From a virus, in the IMG/VR virus record IMGVR_UViG_3300030616_000001, positions 1 through 64,000 of that record: a stretch of 64,000 nt of DNA, one strand, 5' to 3'. The position numbers and the translations under genes were made by a program. The notes under the pieces were generated by a model. The model searched no databases, was not told where the DNA came from, and saw only the letters and a program-made list of their open reading frames with translations. Positions 56,146 to 64,000 of the stretch are shown here, in pieces. The first letter of the stretch is position 1. Each line of letters starts with the position of its first letter.

Positions 56146-57051
56146 CTACTCCCCTATGCAGATCGCACGTGCGCTGTAGGTGAGGAAGTTGATCCCCACC
56201 GGCGCCCCAGTGTCGAAATTCATGCCGATGGTCTGGTGCAGCGGATCCTCCGGGTCGTATGGTGCGGTCCAGAAGATCATCGGCGAGCACGTCGTCCCGA
56301 ACACCGACTCCTGCCAGTGGCAGCCCGACGCACCCTCCGGTTCGATCAGGGTGTTGAGTTCCCCGTAGTAGGCGGGGATCCGCCAGGATAGGCCGCCGAT
56401 GGTGAGTGCGCCGCACCTGGCCTCGGTGACGTAGTAGCCCGCGTTCGGATAGGTCGGCCCGTCCACCTCCCACACCAAGCCGGACTCGGGATCGCACCAC
56501 AACCCAGGATCCGCCGGGGCCGTGGCGCACAGGTCCGGCCCAGCGTCTACGTCCGATAGGGTGTCCGTCTCCGTGTCGGTGTCCGTCTCGCTGCCCGTGT
56601 CCGTATCGGCATCGGCGTCGGTGTCGGTGTCGGCGTCGGTGTCCGTGTCGGTATCGGTGTCCGCGTCCGTGTCGGTGTCCGCGTCGGTGTCTTGGCCGCC
56701 ATCCGGCCAATCATCTGTTTCAGTGTCGGTGTCGGCCACGGTGTCAGTGTCGGCATCCGCGTCGGTGTCCGTATCTGCATCGCCGCCTCCCCCATCTGGC
56801 GCACCGCTGTCTTCATCATCTCCAGCGTCAGTGCCGCTGCCCGTCCCAGTCTCGGTATCAGTGTCCGCGTCGGTGTCGCTATCGCAGTCGCTATCGCCGT
56901 CGCCATCCGCGTCCGTGTCTGCGTCCGTGTCGGTGTCCCCATCGGCATCGCCCCCTCCATCCATCTGGTCGTCCTGGTCCTGGCCGTAGTTGACCTGCGC
57001 CGACTCGCACCCTGCGAGCGCGACTAGTATCAGTGCGATGACTCTAACCAT
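56146..57051 (-). CDS. Lipoprotein with Asp/Thr/Ala repeat stalk and C-terminal DUF1566 (Lcl-like) domain
   Basis: Signal peptide with LAGC lipobox, DTDADTD low-complexity region, DPESGLVWE...C..L..GG..WRIP...EL.TL...FWT...RAIC. Confidence 0.75.
   Translation of the reverse strand: MVRVIALILVALAGCESAQVNYGQDQDDQMDGGGDADGDTDTDADTDADGDGDSDCDSDTDADTDTETGTGSGTDAGDDEDSGAPDGGGGDADTDTDADADTDTVADTDTETDDWPDGGQDTDADTDTDADTDTDTDTDADTDTDADADTDTGSETDTDTETDTLSDVDAGPDLCATAPADPGLWCDPESGLVWEVDGPTYPNAGYYVTEARCGALTIGGLSWRIPAYYGELNTLIEPEGASGCHWQESVFGTTCSPMIFWTAPYDPEDPLHQTIGMNFDTGAPVGINFLTYSARAICIGE
56560..56960. repeat. Degenerate 6-bp coding microsatellite (GTGTCG/GTGTCC/GCGTCG) encoding D-T/D-A repeats
   Basis: Directly visible tandem hexamer-like repeats inside the lipoprotein gene. 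Confidence 0.85.
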
Positions 57052-57406
57052 TGCGTCTCCTGTACACCTTGGCCTTGATGTCGATCTTGCTCCCAGGCTC
57101 GCGCTTGATCTGGTTCGACGTGTGCACGTAGCCGTAGGCCGCCAGGATCTCCTCGGCCCGCTTGCGCTTCACCCACCGATCCAACCCTGGATCGCGGGAC
57201 GAGTGGGACCTGGCGTTGCAGATGTGCGGATTCGCGCCCCACAGGAAGATCAGGCACTCCTCCTGATCGCACCACTCCTCCAGAACGACGTGGGGATCGC
57301 GGCCGTCTGGTTTCGGCGCGACCTTGGGCGCGTTGGCCGGCGCCGGTGACCTGCCGCGGCCTGTCGTAGTCGGCGGCTCGAGGCCCAGTGAAAGCTGGCC
57401 GGTCAC
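57044..57406 (-). CDS. Hypothetical protein
   Basis: GTG start at 57406 (GTGA overlap), QLSLGL clamp-binding-like peptide. Confidence 0.45.
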   Translation of the reverse strand: MTGQLSLGLEPPTTTGRGRSPAPANAPKVAPKPDGRDPHVVLEEWCDQEECLIFLWGANPHICNARSHSSRDPGLDRWVKRKRAEEILAAYGYVHTSNQIKREPGSKIDIKAKVYRRRNG

Positions 57407-57621
57407 GCCGCCACCTTGCGGAAGTTGCACTCCGACTCCACGAGGACCAGGGCGCCGCACTTGGGGCAATCCGCGCTGTCCTTCCACCACCAGCCCCAGA
57501 CGTGGACTGGGGAAACCAACTCCTCCCCGTTCTCGTCCTCCTCGACGAACGGGGCAACGTAGTCCTCGCACACCACCTCCGACCACTGGCCGCAGTATGG
57601 GCACTGCCCTTCTTCTTTCAT
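57403..57621 (-). CDS. Zn-ribbon protein
   Basis: CPYCG...CPKCG. Confidence 0.6.
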   Translation of the reverse strand: MKEEGQCPYCGQWSEVVCEDYVAPFVEEDENGEELVSPVHVWGWWWKDSADCPKCGALVLVESECNFRKVAA

Positions 57622-57785
57622 CGATCACTCTCCCTCACCGATGCTCGCCGGCGCAACGCGCGTCGGCGCAGGTACTCGGACACGGTCAGTCCTTCGCGCT
57701 CCGCGAGCTCACGGAGCCGCTCCGCCTCCTCCTCGGTGACCCGCACCTTGACCATCTGATCCTTGTTGACCTTCTTCCCTGTCAC
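57618..57785 (-). CDS. Ribbon-helix-helix (CopG/MobC-like) protein
   Basis: KDQMVKVRVTEEEAERLRELAEREGLTVSEYLRRRAL. GTG start at 57785. Confidence 0.75.
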   Translation of the reverse strand: MTGKKVNKDQMVKVRVTEEEAERLRELAEREGLTVSEYLRRRALRRRASVRESDR

Positions 57786-58036
57786 CGTCGCCTCCGCCGG
57801 CCCCGCTCTGGCCGCACCTTGATCCGCCACTGGTCCGGGGTGGTCCCCTCACGCTTACGCAGCCGGTCCGTGAGGTCCCTTTCGGCTTCCTCCCTCCCCA
57901 CCCCTGCCGCGTCTATACGGACGTTGCAGTGGACGCACCGGGTGAGCAGGTACACAAGACCGGCCTCCCGTTGTTTCGCCGTGGTCGTCTCCCCCACCAC
58001 GATGGGCCGACCACAGAATGGACAGCGTGCGTTCAT
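57782..58036 (-). CDS. Zn-ribbon protein (Lar-like)
   Basis: MNARCPFCG...CVHC...REEA. Start at ATG 58036. Confidence 0.5.
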   Translation of the reverse strand: MNARCPFCGRPIVVGETTTAKQREAGLVYLLTRCVHCNVRIDAAGVGREEAERDLTDRLRKREGTTPDQWRIKVRPERGRRRRR

Positions 58037-58545
58037 CGTTTGCGGCGGAGGTTGCGATAGGCCTCCCGGATCGCGTGGTAGCGGCCGATCAGTGCCGCGT
58101 CCGCCGCGTCCTCCCCGACCTTCTGATCCCACAGGCCGCGCGTCTTCATGGCGCATCTGCGCTTGACCTCCTTGCTGTCGATCTTCGCGGTCCCAAGCTC
58201 CGCGGTCTGCCATGTCTGGGGGTTGATCCAGACCACCGGAATGCCGCGGCTGCGGAACGCCTCCTCCCACCGACCGCCGTTGCGGGCCAGCTTCTTGAGG
58301 GTGTTGACGTTGAGGCCCAGGAATTGGTCCTCGATGGCCGCACAAACGATGGTATGATCGAACCGACCGACGGACTCGATCACGTTGCCCACGACGGCGT
58401 GCGGCGTGTTGGCCGCCAGGTCCTTCTTCGTCCCAGGCTTGGGCCACTGCACCGCGTCGTGCAGCAGCAGCTTGGGGTTCGGATCCACCGTAACGACCGC
58501 CCACCCCGACCGCGATCCGGGGTCGATTCCCATGATGCAATCCAT
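58033..58545 (-). CDS. RuvC-like Holliday junction resolvase
   Basis: MGIDPGSRSGWAVV, AIED, INPQTWQ, DAADAALIG. Confidence 0.85.
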   Translation of the reverse strand: MDCIMGIDPGSRSGWAVVTVDPNPKLLLHDAVQWPKPGTKKDLAANTPHAVVGNVIESVGRFDHTIVCAAIEDQFLGLNVNTLKKLARNGGRWEEAFRSRGIPVVWINPQTWQTAELGTAKIDSKEVKRRCAMKTRGLWDQKVGEDAADAALIGRYHAIREAYRNLRRKR

Positions 58546-58552
58546 GTGGATC

Positions 58553-58581
58553 ACGGTAGCAAGTTGTGGCCACAAACACAA
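58553..58581 (-). promoter_or_regulatory. Promoter with palindromic operator TTGTGGCCACAA in the spacer
   Basis: TTGTGT(58581-58576)-N17-TACCGT(58558-58553), palindrome at 58564-58575, ATG 7 nt after the -10. Confidence 0.55.
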
Positions 58582-58599
58582 GCATCGAACGCGCCGAAA

Positions 58600-59127
58600 C
58601 TACGCGCCACCGAGACGCGTCACAACCGCGTCCCGGACGTCCTGGGGAAGTCGCCACAGCCGCTGTCTGCCGCGGCACATCACCCCGTTGGTCAGTGGTC
58701 GGATGTTGCGAAGGCGCCACCCGAACTGCTCCGGGACCCACCACGGCCACTCCCTGGGATCGTCCACCCCGGGCACGAGGAGGCTGTCGAACTCGGCCAC
58801 CGCGACCACGTACCCCTGATCGATCGCCAGCATCCGATCCTGGATCACCACTGGCGCCTCTACGGAGTAGGCCTTGATCATGTTGGACGCCACGTCGTAC
58901 CCGACGCGCCACCCCGCCCTGCGGGCCATCTGCGCCACCGGGTCGAACACCCTCTCCACGCTGAACTTGCCCTTGAGCTGGCCGCCGCCGAACGTCGCCC
59001 CGGCGTGGATCGCGATCCTGGTGCCCTCCACCACCGAGGACGGGGGGCGCCACGTGCGGTTCTCCACGTCCTTGCCGAGGCGCCGCACAGCCCAGGCCCA
59101 CTCGGGCCACAGGGTCAGGGCCTTCAT
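58600..59127 (-). CDS. ASCH-domain protein
   Basis: MKALTLWPEWAWAV...GKDVENRTW...RIAIHAG...W.L...RGRQRLW. Confidence 0.85.
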   Translation of the reverse strand: MKALTLWPEWAWAVRRLGKDVENRTWRPPSSVVEGTRIAIHAGATFGGGQLKGKFSVERVFDPVAQMARRAGWRVGYDVASNMIKAYSVEAPVVIQDRMLAIDQGYVVAVAEFDSLLVPGVDDPREWPWWVPEQFGWRLRNIRPLTNGVMCRGRQRLWRLPQDVRDAVVTRLGGA

Positions 59128-59531
59128 CTCGCCGCCTCCTGGCACGTGGACTCGTTGTCCAGGATCCACTGGTACGGGTTCTGGAGATAGGTCGGCGGCG
59201 CGTCGTCGGGGATCGCGGTCTTGACCACGCGCCATCCGAGACGCTCCACCACCTTCGTGGCGTCGTCGGCCTCCATCTCCACCTTGGCCACGATCCTGCC
59301 GCGTCCGGGCGCGGCCATCAGGATCTTGTCGGCGTGGGAGTTGTATCCCACCGTGACCAAGTCCCCGGTCTGGTACTTGCCGCCGGCGACGGCCTGGGCG
59401 ATCTTCGCCGCGGCGAACACCCGCTCCCGGTATCCATCGCACGTGCGGAGCCACTTGAAGATCACGATCTCCTTGTCCACGCACTGGGACTCGGCCTCGA
59501 TGATCGCCGCCACTGTCTCTGTTCTGGTCAT
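59124..59531 (-). CDS. Hypothetical protein
   Basis: Start at ATG 59531, coupled on both sides. Confidence 0.5.
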   Translation of the reverse strand: MTRTETVAAIIEAESQCVDKEIVIFKWLRTCDGYRERVFAAAKIAQAVAGGKYQTGDLVTVGYNSHADKILMAAPGRGRIVAKVEMEADDATKVVERLGWRVVKTAIPDDAPPTYLQNPYQWILDNESTCQEAAR

Positions 59532-60529
59532 CCTTCCTCCGTTGGTTTGCGGCGCCGCCCGGTGCGCTTGCACTGGGTGCACCTGTTGTCCATGTAGCCG
59601 TCCATGTGGTCCGCCAGGACCGTGGACAGGCGGTTCCTGAATCGCTTGTTGTCACCTGCCTTGTACATGAGATCGTCGCTGATCCTGAACGCGACGGGAC
59701 GGCCGCAGATCGGACACTCCCAGTTGAACAGGGTGCCGCCAGCGATCACGTCCCTAGTTGCGGATCGCAGTCGCACGTGACCGTAGGAACCGGGACGCCG
59801 CCGCGCTCGCCGCAGTTCCGCGTCCTCGATGAACCAGTCCACGTCTCGCTGGTTCGGCATCCTGGTCCTGTCGTACTCGGGACCGCCGCGAGCTCGAGCG
59901 CGACAACTCTCGCACCTGTTGTCCGACCTGCCGTCCCACATGGCGAACAGTCGATCCAGCAACGTCTCCATCGCGGCTGGTTCCTGGGCGGCGTAGCCCG
60001 CCTCCTTCCAGCTGATCGTGTACTGGACCCGGGTGCCGCAGTGGGGACACGGCCACGTGAACGTCGCCACGTCGTCGAACGGCCCCTTTGGGATCACGTG
60101 GGGCACCCGACCGAACGGTCCCGGAGGCGCGGAGTGGGCCGCCCACCGGCCCGCCACGTACGCCGCGAACTCGCTGAGCTTCCGTCCCCGGAACTTGGTG
60201 CCTGGGTCTATGGGATCGAACCCGCTCGCGGCCTCCCTGGTCCCCCTGTTGAAGTCCCTCCCAGCCTGGGCAGCACGCCAGAATGCGTCGGCGAAGTCAT
60301 CCATGACCGACGAGAAGTGGACCGACCAGCCGCCGAACCCGGTGGAACAGCCGGTGGAACGGTACGTGTGACCACTGGACGACCGTGTTGAAGATGGCCG
60401 CGGCGCCGCCCCGTACTTCTTCTCGTGTTCCGCGATCCGCCGACGGGCGTTCTCCCGCTCGGCCTCTGTGGCGCCTTGATCGGCGGCGAGTCGCCGCAAC
60501 GCGTCGATCCTGGCGCGAGGCGTGGTCAC
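59528..60529 (-). CDS. DUF2786-like N-terminus plus two tandem Zn-finger domains
   Basis: RIDALRRLAADQGATEAERENA N-terminus and duplicated WxCPxCG...DGxxDNRCxxC. GTG start at 60529. Confidence 0.6.
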   Translation of the reverse strand: MTTPRARIDALRRLAADQGATEAERENARRRIAEHEKKYGAAPRPSSTRSSSGHTYRSTGCSTGFGGWSVHFSSVMDDFADAFWRAAQAGRDFNRGTREAASGFDPIDPGTKFRGRKLSEFAAYVAGRWAAHSAPPGPFGRVPHVIPKGPFDDVATFTWPCPHCGTRVQYTISWKEAGYAAQEPAAMETLLDRLFAMWDGRSDNRCESCRARARGGPEYDRTRMPNQRDVDWFIEDAELRRARRRPGSYGHVRLRSATRDVIAGGTLFNWECPICGRPVAFRISDDLMYKAGDNKRFRNRLSTVLADHMDGYMDNRCTQCKRTGRRRKPTEEG

Positions 60530-60756
60530 TGCTCGATCCTCACCGTCCCAACGGTGTTGCCGTTGGTATCCAGGAGGGCGTCGCTGATCTGGCGCTTGGA
60601 CAGGACCCCCATGTGGTAGGCGACGTGCGCCGATGTCGTGTCCACGGCCCTGGCGAGCACGTGTCCCACCTCCTCGCGCACACCATCGACGCCGCCGAGA
60701 TGGGCCGCGTCGGTGAACGCCGCGTTGTCCACGCTGAATTCGATGATCACTTTCAT
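60526..60756 (-). CDS. Small conserved phage protein
   Basis: IEFSVDNAAF...LLDTNGNTVG. Confidence 0.6.
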   Translation of the reverse strand: MKVIIEFSVDNAAFTDAAHLGGVDGVREEVGHVLARAVDTTSAHVAYHMGVLSKRQISDALLDTNGNTVGTVRIEQ

Positions 60757-61193
60757 AGGCCAGTTGTCCTTTCAAACGACGCCATCGCGTGTTGGATCGT
60801 GGCGATCTCGTCCCGTGCGATCACGAGGACAGCGTTGATCGCGGCCTGTGGTGTCGGTCCGTCGGCGTGCCAGTTGCCCCTGGCCATCTGGATGTTTGGT
60901 GTCTTCGACCGTTCGAAGAACGCGGTGTAGCTTTTGCCGCCATGGACCGGCGGGTGGACGCTCATGGTGCCATCCTCCGACTCGGCCTTGAAGAACCACC
61001 CCAGGTTCTCCCACACCTCCGGGCGCCAACCATTCCCGAGGGACTCGGCCAACTCCTCAGCCCCCCTCAACGCGGCCTGGTACTCCTCCCACGTGCATCC
61101 TCGGCCGCACCCTGGTGAACAGTAGGTCACGCCGTCGCGCAACACCGGCTTCCAGCGGTTCCTGGACTCCGCGCTTGTTCCTGTGTCGTTCAT
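60753..61193 (-). CDS. Hypothetical protein
   Basis: YCSPGCGRGCT...WRPEVWENLGW. Confidence 0.6.
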   Translation of the reverse strand: MNDTGTSAESRNRWKPVLRDGVTYCSPGCGRGCTWEEYQAALRGAEELAESLGNGWRPEVWENLGWFFKAESEDGTMSVHPPVHGGKSYTAFFERSKTPNIQMARGNWHADGPTPQAAINAVLVIARDEIATIQHAMASFERTTGL

Positions 61194-61194
61194 C

Positions 61195-61623
61195 TCACAC
61201 CTCCGCGTCTGGGTCGTCCTGGCGCAGGACCACGACCAGCTTGCTTGCCGTGTACACCTTGCACGCGGGCTTCTGCTTGGGATGACACGCGATCGGCAGG
61301 AGCCGCTTCTCGTCTACCCACTCCTGGAGGTAGGCCTGGATCGCAGCGGCCTGATCCTCCACGGTCTGATCGGCGGCGGCGACGGCATTGTCCAGGCCCT
61401 CCCGGTACTCGTCCCGGTCGTCCTTGTCGCGCAGGGCCAACCGTGAGAGGATGTATTCCTCTCCCGACTCCCCATCAATCCTCGTCATCCGACGGCGGCG
61501 GGCCTGCTCCTGCAGGGTTCGGCGCGTCTGGTCCCGGTGCCACGCGTCCAGGTTCCGGTGCTGTCTGTGACCGCGCACCTTCTTCTTGTGGGCGCCCTTC
61601 TGCTTGATCTTGCGCCTACCCAT
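61195..61623 (-). CDS. Hypothetical basic protein
   Basis: 142 aa, co-oriented and overlapping its neighbour. Confidence 0.5.
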   Translation of the reverse strand: MGRRKIKQKGAHKKKVRGHRQHRNLDAWHRDQTRRTLQEQARRRRMTRIDGESGEEYILSRLALRDKDDRDEYREGLDNAVAAADQTVEDQAAAIQAYLQEWVDEKRLLPIACHPKQKPACKVYTASKLVVVLRQDDPDAEV

Positions 61624-61954
61624 TGTCGGCCTCGCTGGCGCGGAGATAGAAGAACCCCTCGAGGCGCGGCTCGTTGGCCATCAGCATCCGCGAGTAGAAC
61701 GGTTTGTGGTTGTTGTTGAGCTTGAACGGATCCGCGGAATCGGTGTCCATCGCACGGTGCCAGCGCAGAACCTCGAACAGGCCCGCGATCCCGTAGTGCT
61801 TGAACCCACGGTCCACGAGATCCAGGGCAAGGCGCCGCAGTTCCCGGTAGACCCACGGGTTGTCCCGGTGGAACTGGCGGAACGCCTTCCCCATGTCGGA
61901 CTCGTCGTCCCGTGTCGCCGCGTCGAGCTCGGGCAGCGTCATCTGGTCATCCAT
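61616..61954 (-). CDS. Conserved phage protein
   Basis: FRQFHRDNPWVY...EVLRW...FKLNNNHKPFYSR...GFF.LR motif, common in phages. Confidence 0.65.
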   Translation of the reverse strand: MDDQMTLPELDAATRDDESDMGKAFRQFHRDNPWVYRELRRLALDLVDRGFKHYGIAGLFEVLRWHRAMDTDSADPFKLNNNHKPFYSRMLMANEPRLEGFFYLRASEADNG

Positions 61955-62627
61955 CGGCGTCCTCCTTCTCGATCCGCACTCGCGGTTTCGCCTCCTCCTC
62001 TGTCATGAGTGGCTTGTTGTCGATCCAGTGGATCCTGGTCTGGCCCTCCCACTTGCGGCGCATCTCGTCCAACGCCGCACCGACCCAGAAGATGAAGCAG
62101 TATTCCTGGGCCATGTCTGTCTTGCCGTCCCCGGTGAACGAGGGCCGGGCCGTGAGGATCCACACCTCCGCCGGCGGCCGCTCCAGGTACAACTTGCTGC
62201 GATCCTGGGTGCCCAGGAACGCCATCTTGGTGAGGAACGCCGCCGCACCGTAGGGGCACAGAAGTTCCAGGGATCGCCGGATCACCGACTCGCCGATGCG
62301 GAACGGGGGGTTCGTTGCGATCACGTCGAACCGCGGCTGGTCCCACCACACCTCGTCGAACTCGGCGGCCGATGTCTCCCTGTAGAGGTGATCGGGATCC
62401 TGATCCCGCCACAGAGGCGGGTCCACGGGCCGCACGTCGTAGCCGTGTGGACGCAGGCCCATCTCACGACCGGCCGACGCGAAAGGCGCCGTGTCGCCGC
62501 AGCACGGTTCCAAGATCCTGGCCAGATGGTTGTCGCTGATCGCCGCCAACTCGATGGCGTGCCGTACCGCCCACCTGGCCAGGCCAGTGTGGGTGCCGTA
62601 GTTGTCGAAGTCTCGTCGCTTGCCCAT
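61947..62627 (-). CDS. DNA amino-(N6A/N4C) methyltransferase
   Basis: Motif I ILEPCCGD, motif IV VIATNPPF, RPSFTGDGKTD. Confidence 0.85.
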   Translation of the reverse strand: MGKRRDFDNYGTHTGLARWAVRHAIELAAISDNHLARILEPCCGDTAPFASAGREMGLRPHGYDVRPVDPPLWRDQDPDHLYRETSAAEFDEVWWDQPRFDVIATNPPFRIGESVIRRSLELLCPYGAAAFLTKMAFLGTQDRSKLYLERPPAEVWILTARPSFTGDGKTDMAQEYCFIFWVGAALDEMRRKWEGQTRIHWIDNKPLMTEEEAKPRVRIEKEDADG

Positions 62628-62636
62628 CGGTGCCTC

Positions 62637-63122
62637 CTAGAAGGGAATGTCGTCGTCGTCGGGACCGTAGCCGCCGCCCTGGTTACCACCACCGCCGCCG
62701 CCCTGGTCCCCGCCACCACTGGGTCCGCCGCCGCCCTGGTAACCGCCGCCGTCCTGGTTACCAGATCCCTGGCGACCCTGGCCGCCCTGGTTGCCGCCGC
62801 CCAGGAAGATCACGCGCATCGCCTTGATCTCGGTGATCCACTTCTTCTGACCGGTGTTCTGGTCCTCCCAGCTGCGCGTCTCGATCTTGCCCTCGACGCA
62901 CACCTCCCGACCTTTCTCCAGGTACTTCCCGGCGGACTCGGCCTGCTTGCCCCACACCACCACGTTGTGCCAGTCGGTCTTCTCCTGGCGCTCGTTGTTG
63001 CGGTCGAAGTACACCTCCGACGTGGCGACGGAGAACCGACACCGTGCGGTGCCGCTCTGCGTGTAGGACAGTTCGGGATCCTTCCCGAGCCGTCCGATGA
63101 TGATCGCCTTGTTCAGTGACAT
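62637..63122 (-). CDS. ssb: Single-stranded DNA-binding protein
   Basis: MSLNKAIIIGRLGKDPEL...TDWHNVVVWG...YLEKG...EGKI, Gly-rich tail and DDDIPF end. Confidence 0.97.
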   Translation of the reverse strand: MSLNKAIIIGRLGKDPELSYTQSGTARCRFSVATSEVYFDRNNERQEKTDWHNVVVWGKQAESAGKYLEKGREVCVEGKIETRSWEDQNTGQKKWITEIKAMRVIFLGGGNQGGQGRQGSGNQDGGGYQGGGGPSGGGDQGGGGGGNQGGGYGPDDDDIPF

Positions 63123-63253
63123 GCGGATCTCCTTCCCCGGATCACAGGTCCGGTGCTTGAGCCGTTCGGCCCGTAACTGCACTTCCTGGCGGGGGATCTG
63201 TCCGCGTCGGTGTTGGTCAATCCGCCCCGCCCAGGAACGGTGTCAACACTGAG

Positions 63254-63307
63254 ATCCTACCCCGACCCGCGGCGGATCTCAAGATAATTGTGGCCACAAA
63301 ATTTGTG
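63254..63307 (-). promoter_or_regulatory. ssb promoter with upstream palindromic operator
   Basis: TTGAGA(63282-63277)-N17-TAGGAT(63259-63254). TTGTGGCCACAA at 63288-63299 overlaps CACAAAATTTGTG at 63295-63307. Confidence 0.6.
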
Positions 63308-63321
63308 CGAAGTAGTCGCGC

Positions 63322-63651
63322 CTAGGACCGCGCGTCCTTGTTGTAGCCGAAGGCGCGGAGGGCATCGTCGCCGGTGAGGCGGATCGAGATCACGCCGGGC
63401 ACTTCAAGCTCGATGCACGGCGCATCCGTGGACTCTGGAGACAGTGGTGCATCGCCGCCAGCCTTGATCTTGGCGAGTTCGTTGCGCCAATTCTCGTGGG
63501 CGCGTTCGTATCGCTCGTTCGCCGCCGCGACCTGTGCCTGGAGCCGGTCGTTGGACTCCAGGGCAGCGTGGAGCTCGCGCTCGAGTCGGGCATTTTCCGC
63601 CTGGATTTCCTCGGAGGTCATGGTGTCCCCCTTGTTCTCCCCGACCGTCAT
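63322..63651 (-). CDS. Coiled-coil hypothetical protein
   Basis: 109 aa (or 99 aa from ATG 63621). Confidence 0.55.
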   Translation of the reverse strand: MTVGENKGDTMTSEEIQAENARLERELHAALESNDRLQAQVAAANERYERAHENWRNELAKIKAGGDAPLSPESTDAPCIELEVPGVISIRLTGDDALRAFGYNKDARS

Positions 63652-64000
63652 TCGGCCGCGATCCTGGTCTTGCCCAAGGTGATCGGCATCAGCCCCGGGT
63701 CAATCCCAGCCGTGGGCATGTGCACGTCCACGGGTCCTTCCTTCATCTGGTTCGCCGCGTCCAGGGCGCGTCGTCTCGCCGCCTCCCTGAGTCGCTCACC
63801 CTTGCCACCTCGTTGCTCCTCGACGGCTTCCGTCGCGGCCTTGGTCTGCCCGGAGATGCACAGCAACCCCTTGCACCTGGGGCACGTGAGGTTGTGTCCG
63901 TCCCCCTGCATCTTCTGGGGCAACCGGTACTCCTCCAGGAGCGGCCGGAACCCCGACCACACCGACCGGGACGAGAGGAGGAACCCCTTGTCCCCGACGT
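63648..64000 (-). CDS. Hypothetical protein, probably truncated by the right edge
   Basis: CPRC motif. True start is likely outside the window. Confidence 0.4.
   Translation of the reverse strand, partial: VGDKGFLLSSRSVWSGFRPLLEEYRLPQKMQGDGHNLTCPRCKGLLCISGQTKAATEAVEEQRGGKGERLREAARRRALDAANQMKEGPVDVHMPTAGIDPGLMPITLGKTRIAAE

Noticed and set aside
56146-56500. DUF1566/C-type-lectin domain as a diversity-generating retroelement target
   Set aside because: No reverse transcriptase, Avd gene or template-repeat copy of this 3' end was seen in the window. It cannot be excluded outside the window.
56560-56960. Repeat array resembling CRISPR or iterons
   Set aside because: Degenerate hexamer repeats in frame within a lipoprotein gene, with no repeat-spacer structure and no cas genes.
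63241-63246. Perfect TTGACA on the minus strand upstream of ssb
   Set aside because: No acceptable -10 hexamer at 16-18 bp. The TTGAGA-N17-TAGGAT pair just upstream fits better.
1-64000. Apparent abundance of GATC sites
   Set aside because: Plausibly explained by ATC/GAT codon usage in GC-rich genes. It cannot be assessed without a codon-aware k-mer calculation.

Overview
The whole window is a high-GC tailed-phage (or prophage) genome segment, with essentially every credible gene on the minus strand and frequent ATGA/TGATG stop-start overlaps. In transcription order (right to left) it has four parts. (i) An early/accessory region (about 63960-49600) with SSB, a DNA methyltransferase, an ASCH protein, a RuvC-like resolvase, a PD-(D/E)xK nuclease, a stand-alone TopoVI-A/Spo11-like protein, an Asp/Thr-repeat lipoprotein, a small RMF-like ORF missing from the ORF track and many Zn-ribbon proteins. 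(ii) A packaging operon that opens with an RHH regulator and a probable small terminase and carries a complete 7-deazaguanine DNA-modification cassette (queD-folE-queC-queE-dpdA-ParB-like) directly before the large terminase. (iii) Head genes: portal, a YadA-repeat fibre, a 1050-aa MuF protein with a C-terminal HExxH metallopeptidase plus a coupled small partner gene, an XkdF-like protease, scaffolds and the major capsid protein. (iv) A contractile tail: sheath, tube, chaperone with a candidate -1 frameshift, tape measure, baseplate and fibres, running off the left edge. The D/T-repeat lipoprotein and tail-gene style suggest a Myxococcota/deltaproteobacterial host (inference). No integrase, lysis genes, tRNA, CRISPR array or reverse transcriptase were seen. 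All family calls are by-eye motif recognition, not database searches.
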